DNA of 64,000 nt from the UHGV virus genome UHGV-1372779. One strand, given 5' to 3'. The stretch is from a virus. Positions 1 through 10,233 of this stretch are shown here, one piece after another. Both the position numbers and the translations under genes were made by a program. The notes under the pieces are model-generated. The model was not told where the DNA came from and made no database searches. It saw only the letters and a list, made by a program, of their open reading frames with translations. Every line of letters starts with the position of its first letter. Position 1 is the first letter of the stretch.

Positions 1-2909
1 TCAAAGATTTTCTTTCTAATAGAAGCATGAGCAAATACATCTTCTAATAATTCTAGATTAGTTTCCCAATATCCAGTATCTTGTTCAGATAATAATTCTG
101 CTCTTCTGGCTTCATTAATATTTAAGAAATTATACATATGAGTATAGTCCCCAACCTGATTTTTTATATCTTGCTCTTGAGATCCTAAAATTCTTCTCAT
201 ATCAGCAGCTTCATTCCATTTATCTTTCAGCCACTTAGTGTAACTCTTATTCTTTAATTGACTAAAAGCAGTTCCTCTTAGTAATGGAACATCAAAATAA
301 TGACCACTTTCCATTAATCTTTGAACTTCTGGAGTTTTTACTGCCTCTGATTCAGATATATTAGGATCAGTTATTCCAGTTCTAGTTTTATTTATTGTCC
401 ATAAGAAGTCCTTTAACCACTTTCTTTCAGCATCAGTTAATGTAGAATCAGGATCATAAGGATTTTTAACCTTAAATTCTGAAGATATTTTTCCATTTGA
501 ATCTCTTATGAACATATTATCAAATGCATTAGTAGCATTTTGAAATGTCCATCTACCAGCTTGAGTATATCCTTTGGTTTTATATAGATTTAATACTCTT
601 TGCAAAGATTCTTCTTTATATTTATCATATTCTACCCTAATTTTCTGTAAACCCAACTCAGTAGTATCTACTATAGCTTTCATTACTGGATTTTTAACTA
701 GTTCTGGGTTATCTAATAAATATCCATTAATTAATAATGTCTCCTTCATGTTATTTAAATTTACCCCAATATCATGAATATCGTGATCTAAATTGAAGTA
801 AATATTATTATAATGTAATATTAATTGAGACAACTTTCTATGAACTATCCAGGCCTCATTACCATAGTTTGCCTCCTCATTGAAGTTTACATTAGGATTA
901 TTAGATTTTATTATTTCTTGTAATTGTCTAAGCATTTTAATTTTATGCTCACCAGTCATATTATTTAAATCTACTCCTGAATATAAGTCATATATTTGAT
1001 CACTAGCTTTTTTACTAATCTCAGTTCTGTCTTTATTTAATATCCCTAATATAGAAGTTTTTATTGCTTCTAAAGGATCAGCAAATTGTAGATTTCCTTT
1101 CTCAAAATTATTTTCTATATCCAATCTGTCAGTTAAGTACTTAAAGTTATTTCTTAATTGAGTTAAATCGGCATAATCAGATTGGCCTAATTTATGATTA
1201 ACTACTTGAATATTTCCTATTTGATAATTGGCAAATTGATCAGATAATGCATTAATAGCTAAAAGAGTTTGTAGTAATTTAGCATTTCCAGCTGTGGCAG
1301 TCATTACTCCTTTTAAATTTTTGGTAGAAGCTGATGAAGCAACATTAGCTAGGATACTATTGTATTTATATTGTAGATCCAATTCATGTTTGTTATCTAC
1401 ATCAGACATAGTAACAAAATTGACTATGTTAGTTCCAGTATCAACAAAGGCATATATACCTAATTGAGTTAATTCTGGAAGATCTTCCATCATTTCATAA
1501 GCACTATTATCTATGAATGAAGAGAATACGGTAGATAAATAAGCATGTACATTAGAGTCCTTGAAATTAAAAGGATCTCTACTGGATAAATTCTTTCCTG
1601 ATCTTTTTAATTGGGAGAATTGTTTCCATATATTAACAAAGTATCCTTCTTGATCATAGTCCTCTTTTTCAGCTAGATAAGCCTTAATTTTATCATTTAA
1701 TTCAGATTCAGAATATGCAACTATTTCTGGGAATTCTTTATTTTCTCTACCATGTATATAATCCTTAAATGACCACTTGTTTCCTTCTTTCTTTACATAT
1801 TTTCTTTTGAATTGCTCTTCTGTAAGAGCTGAGATTTTTCCAAAAGCTATTTCAGATAAATTACCTACATTATATGTAAAATCAGAATCTATATTTACTC
1901 TAGGAACACTAGATGATATATGCTGACTTACTATATTAGAATAATGTCCTCTAGGAAATTTAAGATTATCAAAATTTACTACTAATCTATTTTCTACATT
2001 GCCAATTTGAAAGGAATCAAAAGTTTCATTTTCATAATTTGGAGAAGGTATAACTATTGGAACTATATTTAATCCCATGTTAGATACCGGAATGCCTTTA
2101 TTAGCTAATAAAGCTCTATATGCAGCTAATTGATAATCAACATTAATCTTTTTAGCAGAACTCCAACCTTCAATGGGTTTAGTAGATACTTTAAAATCAT
2201 ATAAGTCTACATGTCCTCTATCATCAACTGTTAATAAGTCAATTCTACCTATAAGAGGATCTGAATTATCATCAGTAGTTTCAATAGTAACCTCTGGTAG
2301 GAATTCTACGTGTTTGCTTCCTGATATAGTATCTTTCAAAGACTCAAAAGACCTAATAAGATTATCAATAGTCTCCCTTGGAAGATTTACAACAGAGTAT
2401 ATATCATCACTATTAACATTTTCTGAGAAAAACATTTCTGCAACCTTATGAACTTTATCTCCAATTTTAGCAATGTGTTCAAAGTTCTTTATATTATTTT
2501 GAACCTGTTCATTAGCTTCAGACTCACTTAATCCTTCTTTTTCCATGAGATTTTTAGTCTCATTCTTTATATATTCAGATTCTATAAATTCTGGAACTAC
2601 CCTACTCCCATCTGGAGTTCTCCAATTAGATATAGCTTTAGTAATAGCTAATTTTTTAGGAGTCTTAATTTCATATTCTTGAGTTAATTCATTAAATACT
2701 GTGGAAGGTGTTACCACAGTATTTAATGATAATATCTTGGATTTCATGTTAGATTGTAAGGAGTTAGTTTCATCAAAAACAATATCATTGAATTGATTAT
2801 AACTAGCTAATACATTATAATGTTCCTTTATATATTTCTCTAATTCCTTTTCAGTATTAACTTCTGTTACTTTCTTCCCATTAATACTTAATATATATTT
2901 ACAAGCCAT
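1..2909 (-). CDS. Partial CDS whose 3' end lies off the left edge of the window. It starts MACKYILSINGKK at 2909. A hand-translated in-frame segment 'GRIDLLTVDDRGHVDLYDFKVS' looks like a PD-(D/E)xK (RecB/Cas4-like) nuclease motif.
   Basis: The ATG at 2907-2909 sits 2 nt after the upstream gene's stop codon. No minus-strand ORFs are reported by the track for 1-2912, which fits one edge-truncated ORF. The motif was read by hand in frame at about codon 211. The rest of the frame was not exhaustively checked. Confidence 0.45.
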   Translation of the reverse strand, partial: MACKYILSINGKKVTEVNTEKELEKYIKEHYNVLASYNQFNDIVFDETNSLQSNMKSKILSLNTVVTPSTVFNELTQEYEIKTPKKLAITKAISNWRTPDGSRVVPEFIESEYIKNETKNLMEKEGLSESEANEQVQNNIKNFEHIAKIGDKVHKVAEMFFSENVNSDDIYSVVNLPRETIDNLIRSFESLKDTISGSKHVEFLPEVTIETTDDNSDPLIGRIDLLTVDDRGHVDLYDFKVSTKPIEGWSSAKKINVDYQLAAYRALLANKGIPVSNMGLNIVPIVIPSPNYENETFDSFQIGNVENRLVVNFDNLKFPRGHYSNIVSQHISSSVPRVNIDSDFTYNVGNLSEIAFGKISALTEEQFKRKYVKKEGNKWSFKDYIHGRENKEFPEIVAYSESELNDKIKAYLAEKEDYDQEGYFVNIWKQFSQLKRSGKNLSSRDPFNFKDSNVHAYLSTVFSSFIDNSAYEMMEDLPELTQLGIYAFVDTGTNIVNFVTMSDVDNKHELDLQYKYNSILANVASSASTKNLKGVMTATAGNAKLLQTLLAINALSDQFANYQIGNIQVVNHKLGQSDYADLTQLRNNFKYLTDRLDIENNFEKGNLQFADPLEAIKTSILGILNKDRTEISKKASDQIYDLYSGVDLNNMTGEHKIKMLRQLQEIIKSNNPNVNFNEEANYGNEAWIVHRKLSQLILHYNNIYFNLDHDIHDIGVNLNNMKETLLINGYLLDNPELVKNPVMKAIVDTTELGLQKIRVEYDKYKEESLQRVLNLYKTKGYTQAGRWTFQNATNAFDNMFIRDSNGKISSEFKVKNPYDPDSTLTDAERKWLKDFLWTINKTRTGITDPNISESEAVKTPEVQRLMESGHYFDVPLLRGTAFSQLKNKSYTKWLKDKWNEAADMRRILGSQEQDIKNQVGDYTHMYNFLNINEARRAELLSEQDTGYWETNLELLEDVFAHASIRKKIF

Positions 2910-2912
2910 ATA

Positions 2913-5900
2913 TTAACATTTTTCAATTAAATTTCCAGAATTTAATAATGATGATTTTATATTATTAATAGTTCTATGTAAAAAGGCTTTATTTAAATTA
3001 TCGGCATTAAATAAAGAATATTTAGGATTAGCTGATTGTGCTAATAAACTATTAAATTCCATCACTATTTTTTCTAAAGGCATATTGGATAATTCCTTAC
3101 TTAAAACTTCTGCACTCTTGTTTCCAACTTCTGCAATATTTAAATCTAATCCATTGGATAAGATATTTAAATAATCGTTAAAGAAATTATTAGATTGTAA
3201 CAAATTATTAATATTGAAGTTATCAGAACTAAATATTCCTTGTAAGGATTTAGCTACAGCATCAACAAATGCTTCTTCTTTAGCATCAGAAAGTACTCTA
3301 TTTTGCATTACTTTTCTATACCTTTCAGTAAATCCAGATAATTCAGAAGCTTTATCTATTAATAGATTATATCTTTCTGGAGTAGTTTGTTTCATTACTC
3401 CCATTATAATATGCATAAGCTCATGCAGAGGAGAAGATAGTGAAGCTTTATCGGTATTCACATATACTTTATTTCCTAGGATAAATGCGCTAGATTGTTT
3501 AAGTTTAGTTGCTATATAAGGTGTTATATCTGGATTTTTATTTGCAATCCAATCTTTTATAGTAGCATCATCTATTACATTTATTATATTATTATAAGTA
3601 TTATTTATGTTACTTATGATCCTGTTAAGAATTTTCTTTTGGTTAAATCTATCAATAGTTTGGATAAAATAAGAACTTTCCTTAGGAGTAAATTGTTTAT
3701 CAGATAGAATATTATTTATTCTATCAGTTTTTGACTTATTAACAGGATAATAAAGTTCTACTATTTTATATTTCCCAGATTTAAGATCATTAAAGTTTAT
3801 ATTCCATTTGTTAGAATAGGTCTTCCCATCTAATCCTAGTATTTCCGATTCCAATTTAATTCCTTTATCAGTTTTAGATAGTATTCTTAAATACTTAGTT
3901 GTCTTTTTTCTATTATTAGAATCATATTGAATTTTAACAACATCTTGTACATCCAAAATTTCTGGAATCTTAATAGGATCTATTTGAGTAACCTTATTTA
4001 CATAATTAAAACCAGTAGCATTTGGAAGTTGTATATTATATTGAGTTCCATTAGAATATATAGTTTTTCTTAATCCATATAACTTACCGTCCTTAGAATT
4101 TATTTTATTTTGTTTTATATACTCTTCAGTAAGATCAATATAATCTCCAGATTTAATAAGTTTACTTATAGAGTCTGATATAATTACAGCTCTTCCTTTT
4201 TCCACTCCTTTCTCTTTAGAATCCCTAAATTTTTCTCTAAATTCTAAAGAACTATCCTTAGGAGCTATATATTTAACTTCAGTAACCTGAGTCCAATTGG
4301 TTGATTTATTAAACATATTAGATTTAGATAGAGCATCATCGTAAGATAAGGCATAAGTAGAGTGATTCATATCATATAATCTGCTTACTCTTTTACTATT
4401 ATATTCTCTAATATCAGAATGTCCACTTATTCCTAATTCATATATAGGGTTAGCTGCAAATCCCACATATATAATCTGATCTAAAGAAATATTTTTTCTA
4501 AACATATCTGTAGATCCATCTGGCCTATAGTATCCCGGAACCTCAATGATATTATTTAATATGTCTGCTCTAGAAACAATTCCTACATACTGCCTTCCAT
4601 TCTCTTCATATTTAATAATATCCCCTCTTTGTAACTTTGCTGCCTCTTCTGCAATATTAGATTCATCAGTATTTATTATATCATACAAGTCATTGAATGA
4701 TGTGGCAGTATTAGAATCTCCATTAAATACCCACTTTCCATCTATTAGCTCAAAAGCATTATTAATTTGAGATTTTTGAGTATTTAAGTGTTCTACTAAT
4801 TCAACATCTTCTGTATTGTTATAATATAAAGCAACTAAACTAGGAATAGGTCTATTAATTCCCTGATCAAATAAAACATTAGGCTCTATAGTTTTTAAAT
4901 CGACCATAGAAACTCTAGAAGTGGCAACTCCTTCTTCAGCTCTATTTTTATTTAAGAAGTATATATGATCTCCATCTATACCAATTACCATATGCTTACT
5001 AATTATAGGTCTTCCAGAATTAGTTGTTCCAAACCATTGAACTGCTACTGAATCTCCTATTTTTAATTGTTTGACTTTAGATCTTCTAAAATCAACAACT
5101 GATCTAGTATCAGCAGCCCCCACAAAATCTCCATTTAATTGTCTAGGAGATTCAGAATCCTCTTTTAGTCCAGGCAATGAGAACCATACACTTTGATATA
5201 AAGACCTATTTTTAGTAGATTCTAAATATTTGTTATAATCACTAGTAAACTCATTATGAATTCTAACTAATTCAGGGTGATTTTGTTTATTAAATATAGC
5301 TTCTTGTACATCATTAAATTTGTACAATTTACTAAAATATTTACCTTCTGCACTTTTTAATGCTACTTCTACAACAGTTCCAAAGGTTCTTAAAACCGGA
5401 GCAAAATATTCGAATCTTTCCCATTTATCACCTTTCTTAATTGGAGTAGATACTTTTACAATATCTCCTCTTCTAAGTTCTTGGTTAATTAAATTATTAC
5501 TTCCCTCTTTAGTTTTTAATCTAAATCCTCCCTTACCAGTGTTATAATATGTAAACTCTTTTCCAGTTCTAGTTGCAATTCCTAATTCTCTTAGTAAAGG
5601 TTGATTATCATAATCTCCAGAATTTAAACCTTCATCAAACTGATCTTTTACAGATTTTATTATTTCTATATCTATAGCTTCTCTGTCTAATTTACCATAG
5701 AATTTTCTAAATACTGGGTCTAAATTTTTCTCTGATAATAAATTTACTAGGTCTGTATAAGATATAGTAACTGGACTAACTCCATTACTTCCAAATTGTT
5801 TTAATACTGTTATAAGAGTTTCTCCTTTATCGTTTTTCCATATAGATCTAATAGGAAGATATTGTTTACTTGAAAAATATTTATCATCAAATTTTCCAAA

Positions 5901-7100
5901 TAAAACTTCTCCTTTAGATTTAGATATATTAGGAATTAATATTAAATCTCCTGGAGATAAACTATACAATTGTAAAGGAGACTCAAGTTTTACAGGCTCT
6001 GAATAATTAAGATCATATTTATATTTAGAGACCTTTTCATTAAGTTCAGAAGATGTTTCAATATAGTTCTTCCAAATAAAATCAGATACCTTTTTATAAT
6101 CTGATGAAATTTCTTTAGGAATAATTTGGTCTATATATTCTGAATCATATTTTCCTACAAAAGGAGGAACTTCAAATCTATTATCTACACTACTCCAATA
6201 AACTTCTTTAGGATCAAATTCAGTTGTTTTATCACCTCCATAAACGTATACAGGCTCTTTGCCATCCCATACTTTTTCTGCGCTAACATTGTCTAAATTA
6301 ATTCTATCAGCAATTATTCCAATATTAGAATCAATGTTAAATAATCTAGTAGTAAACTCTCTTCCTGCTCCTTCATTTAAATCAAAATTGAGAGCTTCTC
6401 TATACTTAGGATCTGCCAAAATATAAGAAACAAATTCTGTAAGATTCAAATATCCTTTATCCCCTGTTACTTTATTAACAAAGTCCTTGATAACAGGATT
6501 TGATTCTTTATTTTTTCTAGCAGTCTCAAAAACATTATAAGCTATTTCACTTATTCTTGAGAAATTTTCATTACTTTTAGGGATATTATTAAAATATAAA
6601 TGCAACATTTCATGATATAAATCTCTTAGAGTGTCTTCATTAAATCCTTCTTTAGTATTTAAAATTATGAAGTTATTTTTTAATAAAGTTCCTCTAATTC
6701 CTGTAGTGCCGTCAATATTTAAATTTATATTTTCTCCCTCAAGTAATAATATTTGAACTTGATTATTAGGTACTCCTAGATTTTCTAATTTGTTTCTTAG
6801 ATTATTGAAATCTTCTTTTAATTCATCATTTTGAATATAATCTACTTGTTCAGAAATAGTTTGTAAATCAAAATTTCCCAATAAAGGTTCTCCATTAGAG
6901 TATTCAATACTAATACTCATAGGATTTAATTGAGATAATCTAGATTTAATATCTAATAAATCCTCCGTAGATAATCCAGAAAAAGCTTCTAGTATCATAC
7001 TAGGATTTAAATTAGTGTCTTCTGTAAAGTTGGTTTGGACAGGAATCTCATATTCCTGTCCACCTACTTTATACTTAATAAATATTTTACAATTACTCAC
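2913..7100 (-). CDS. Giant virion or ejected-type protein of 1395 aa carrying two zincin HExxH motifs (HEMLH and HELMH).
   Basis: Long uninterrupted ORF. 'LYHEMLHLYF' and 'PLHELMHIIMG' are read directly from the translation. The gene is tightly packed against its neighbours. Confidence 0.7.
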   Translation of the reverse strand: MSNCKIFIKYKVGGQEYEIPVQTNFTEDTNLNPSMILEAFSGLSTEDLLDIKSRLSQLNPMSISIEYSNGEPLLGNFDLQTISEQVDYIQNDELKEDFNNLRNKLENLGVPNNQVQILLLEGENINLNIDGTTGIRGTLLKNNFIILNTKEGFNEDTLRDLYHEMLHLYFNNIPKSNENFSRISEIAYNVFETARKNKESNPVIKDFVNKVTGDKGYLNLTEFVSYILADPKYREALNFDLNEGAGREFTTRLFNIDSNIGIIADRINLDNVSAEKVWDGKEPVYVYGGDKTTEFDPKEVYWSSVDNRFEVPPFVGKYDSEYIDQIIPKEISSDYKKVSDFIWKNYIETSSELNEKVSKYKYDLNYSEPVKLESPLQLYSLSPGDLILIPNISKSKGEVLFGKFDDKYFSSKQYLPIRSIWKNDKGETLITVLKQFGSNGVSPVTISYTDLVNLLSEKNLDPVFRKFYGKLDREAIDIEIIKSVKDQFDEGLNSGDYDNQPLLRELGIATRTGKEFTYYNTGKGGFRLKTKEGSNNLINQELRRGDIVKVSTPIKKGDKWERFEYFAPVLRTFGTVVEVALKSAEGKYFSKLYKFNDVQEAIFNKQNHPELVRIHNEFTSDYNKYLESTKNRSLYQSVWFSLPGLKEDSESPRQLNGDFVGAADTRSVVDFRRSKVKQLKIGDSVAVQWFGTTNSGRPIISKHMVIGIDGDHIYFLNKNRAEEGVATSRVSMVDLKTIEPNVLFDQGINRPIPSLVALYYNNTEDVELVEHLNTQKSQINNAFELIDGKWVFNGDSNTATSFNDLYDIINTDESNIAEEAAKLQRGDIIKYEENGRQYVGIVSRADILNNIIEVPGYYRPDGSTDMFRKNISLDQIIYVGFAANPIYELGISGHSDIREYNSKRVSRLYDMNHSTYALSYDDALSKSNMFNKSTNWTQVTEVKYIAPKDSSLEFREKFRDSKEKGVEKGRAVIISDSISKLIKSGDYIDLTEEYIKQNKINSKDGKLYGLRKTIYSNGTQYNIQLPNATGFNYVNKVTQIDPIKIPEILDVQDVVKIQYDSNNRKKTTKYLRILSKTDKGIKLESEILGLDGKTYSNKWNINFNDLKSGKYKIVELYYPVNKSKTDRINNILSDKQFTPKESSYFIQTIDRFNQKKILNRIISNINNTYNNIINVIDDATIKDWIANKNPDITPYIATKLKQSSAFILGNKVYVNTDKASLSSPLHELMHIIMGVMKQTTPERYNLLIDKASELSGFTERYRKVMQNRVLSDAKEEAFVDAVAKSLQGIFSSDNFNINNLLQSNNFFNDYLNILSNGLDLNIAEVGNKSAEVLSKELSNMPLEKIVMEFNSLLAQSANPKYSLFNADNLNKAFLHRTINNIKSSLLNSGNLIEKC

Positions 7101-10100
7101 AGCGATATATTAATTTAATCTTATTTGTTCTTAATAAATTCATTACATTATTTACTAGATCTGTAACAGTTTTATTTCTGTTTACCGATTCAGCAAAGTT
7201 AGTATTTAAATTAGAATTAAACAAATAATAATTAGGATTCTTGTCTAAGACAATATCAGTGTACTTCTTTACTGGATACCCACCTTCGTTCATTTCAACC
7301 GTGACTTCTTGGATCTTATATGTAGATGTGTTTTTATCATATTTTTTCACATATTTATTTCCCATAGCCATTTCCTCAAAAGAACCTTTCACTGGAGCTA
7401 GTCTCATTTTTACATCATCCATATTTACATCATTGAGAGTAATCTTATCTCCTTGAAGATCATATTTGATATTTGGAATTGATGTATTATAATCTACTTC
7501 TCCTATATATTGGAAGAATCTACTTGCTAAACTATTTCTATTATATACTGATCCTTGTAGGATTTTTAATAAACTACCTTGTCCTTTTCTTCCTTTATTA
7601 ACTATTAAGTCATAAATAAGGAACAAATTAGATAATTTAATCCCATCAAATGTAATATTCTCAATAGCTCCAAATGCTGTAATTTGTTTATCAAATTCTA
7701 TATTATCTACAGTATTTAACATATTTACAGCAGATCTATAATGAGTATAAGGAGATCCATCCAGTTTGGATTTTTTATCAGTTAGAATAAGTTTATTCAA
7801 AAATTCATTTCTAGATAATACTGGAGTATTCACTCTTAATCCATTAGGAGAAATAGTATATCCATTTTTTAACATAGGAATTACTTTATTTTCCATATAA
7901 TATTTAAAAGAAGCCAATCCATCATCATCAGATAAGTTATATATGGTATCAGTAACAGCTTCAGTTAAAACTCCATTTATAAAATGAGAATCACCAGCTT
8001 TAACTTTAATTCCTATATTCTCATGATTTAAGAATTTCTTAATAATTAACTCATCTATATAATCTCTAATAGTACTAAACTGATTATCAGTTAATTTACC
8101 TATAGTACCATTGGACTTTTTCATTACTTCCGTTTCCAGTTGTCCTGTTATATCCATTAGTAAATTATATTTTATAGATGCCAATTTAAGATTATCTTCA
8201 TTTACTAAATAAGCTTTTAAGAAAGCATTGTAGTGAGGAAGTTTATCTATTAGATCAAATACATTAATTGCCCTCTTATAATTATTATAAAATTCAATTA
8301 CTGCATTTTTATATTCTGGGAGATTGAAAAATTTATTTAAGTCAAAATTAAAGTTGACTAAATTAGGATCTCCATTATTTGCATATTCTATAAGATTCTT
8401 AGTAACATTATATCTCTTTATAGCATCAGGATGATGATTTTCACTCTTTGTATCAAATCCAGCATATAATGTTGTAGCATCAGATAATGGATCAGATAAT
8501 AAATCATTAAATACTTTAGAGAAAGAATATCTATCAAATAATTTAGTTTTAGCACCTCCGTTTATACCTAATATTCTTCCTAATGAAGCTATTTCCTTAG
8601 CACTCTTAAATGCAGTAACAAATGATGAATAACTAGCATTGTCTTTATTTAACTTATCTCTAAGAGTTTTTAGATCTATAAGTTTACCCACATACCTCAA
8701 CAATCCCTTAGTAAAGTTATCAGATTCTTTATATAGGTAACTTTCACTTACCATTTCTCTAAATTCTTGAGCTATTTCATATTCATCTTGATTAGAATAT
8801 TCTTCAACAAATGTTCTGTTACTTTCCTCTAAGTCTTTTTTAATATTTAATAGCTCCTCTACAGGGATAGAATTTAAAATCTTACTAGGATTTTTTTCTA
8901 CTTTACCATCATTTCTTCTGATTTCTGAAACTTTTCCATCTGTTTGCAGTTTGCTTATATAATTTCTTAATGTTACTTTCCATTTATCATCTAAGAAATT
9001 ATTATAAGATAATCCATTATCAAGTTTTTTTAATATTGAATCAATACTCTCAGATTCATCATACATTCTATTTACATTAACAGCATTTTTTATGTCAGAT
9101 ACAGCATCACTTGTCATAAGATTTGCAATATCAGAGAATTCCAAACCATTAATGATTAGATATATATATGTTCCCATTAAATCTGGGTTGGCATTAATTT
9201 TATCAAGAATTAACTCTTTAGCATTATCTGTTGCGGCAGAAATGACGGCTGATATAACTAGAGATTTATCAGTTTGTATATACTTACTAGATACTGCATC
9301 TATATCATCAGCAGTTAAATCCCTTCCCTGCATTAGCTCAGCTCTATTTTCTTCTATAGCTTCATCTAATACTCTTCTTACATTAGGAGCATTATCAAGG
9401 TTTATATTAGCTAATGTATTTGCAAATACTCTAACTAATTTATTAACATCTTTGCCTTGATTATCTTTCATGCTCCTGTATATATTAAATATATTATTGA
9501 AATATATACTACTTGCTTTTAAATCTTCAACAGTAAGATTAGGCAATTTAGATAATCTTTGAGCTTCTTGATTAAAATATTGAGTTGCAGCTAAGAATAC
9601 TTTTTGTCCTACTGCACTAATACCAATACCTTCTTTTCCTGCCATATTAGCATAGAATAGATTATATTTAGTAGTAGGAGTAAATGTTGTCACTCTTTTA
9701 ATTTTCTCTCCCTCCTTAGACTTTTCTGCTGCTCTTTGAGGATCAGTCATAGCAATAGGAGAATAAGCTGCAATATGATTTTTCAGATTATTAGTAATCT
9801 GATATATAGTATTAAAGATAAAGTTCTTAGACCCTTGTAATAGTTCAGAATCTGAATTAGGTTGAGTATTATGGGATGATATATTTGACGAAATACGATC
9901 TATCCAATCTTCCTTCCCAGTTCCTTCATCATAATATAATTTAACATTATCTATTCCAGAATCATATATTCTATTTAATATCTTAACAGTAGCTTCAAAA
10001 GGAGTTCTTGAAGTTAATAATTCATTAGTTATATCAATAGAATCTACTCCCCTTTCCTTAGTAAATCCATAATTATTGGTTTCTGGATTAAAATTAGGAT

Positions 10101-10233
10101 AAGGAAGTTGTTTACTCAACTCAAAGTTGTTTATTCCCTCTTTAGATATATCATATCTAAATATTCTACTCCAAGGGGCATATACTCCAGAATCATTAAT
10201 TATAGGAGAAGTAATATATGCTTTGTCTATATC
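7093..10233 (-). CDS. Proposed exon 2 of a split giant gene. The frame is open upstream of the TTG 'start' the track annotated at 10119, back to a stop codon at 10237-10239. There is no ATG before about codon 113.
   Basis: The codon at 10117-10119 is TTG and the ORF caller printed it as M. The in-frame extension reads '..TDIDKAYITSPIINDSGVYAPWSRIFRYDISKEGINNFELSKQLPYP..'. It immediately follows the intron's proposed 3' splice site. Confidence 0.5.
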   Translation of the reverse strand, partial: DIDKAYITSPIINDSGVYAPWSRIFRYDISKEGINNFELSKQLPYPNFNPETNNYGFTKERGVDSIDITNELLTSRTPFEATVKILNRIYDSGIDNVKLYYDEGTGKEDWIDRISSNISSHNTQPNSDSELLQGSKNFIFNTIYQITNNLKNHIAAYSPIAMTDPQRAAEKSKEGEKIKRVTTFTPTTKYNLFYANMAGKEGIGISAVGQKVFLAATQYFNQEAQRLSKLPNLTVEDLKASSIYFNNIFNIYRSMKDNQGKDVNKLVRVFANTLANINLDNAPNVRRVLDEAIEENRAELMQGRDLTADDIDAVSSKYIQTDKSLVISAVISAATDNAKELILDKINANPDLMGTYIYLIINGLEFSDIANLMTSDAVSDIKNAVNVNRMYDESESIDSILKKLDNGLSYNNFLDDKWKVTLRNYISKLQTDGKVSEIRRNDGKVEKNPSKILNSIPVEELLNIKKDLEESNRTFVEEYSNQDEYEIAQEFREMVSESYLYKESDNFTKGLLRYVGKLIDLKTLRDKLNKDNASYSSFVTAFKSAKEIASLGRILGINGGAKTKLFDRYSFSKVFNDLLSDPLSDATTLYAGFDTKSENHHPDAIKRYNVTKNLIEYANNGDPNLVNFNFDLNKFFNLPEYKNAVIEFYNNYKRAINVFDLIDKLPHYNAFLKAYLVNEDNLKLASIKYNLLMDITGQLETEVMKKSNGTIGKLTDNQFSTIRDYIDELIIKKFLNHENIGIKVKAGDSHFINGVLTEAVTDTIYNLSDDDGLASFKYYMENKVIPMLKNGYTISPNGLRVNTPVLSRNEFLNKLILTDKKSKLDGSPYTHYRSAVNMLNTVDNIEFDKQITAFGAIENITFDGIKLSNLFLIYDLIVNKGRKGQGSLLKILQGSVYNRNSLASRFFQYIGEVDYNTSIPNIKYDLQGDKITLNDVNMDDVKMRLAPVKGSFEEMAMGNKYVKKYDKNTSTYKIQEVTVEMNEGGYPVKKYTDIVLDKNPNYYLFNSNLNTNFAESVNRNKTVTDLVNNVMNLLRTNKIKLIYRCE

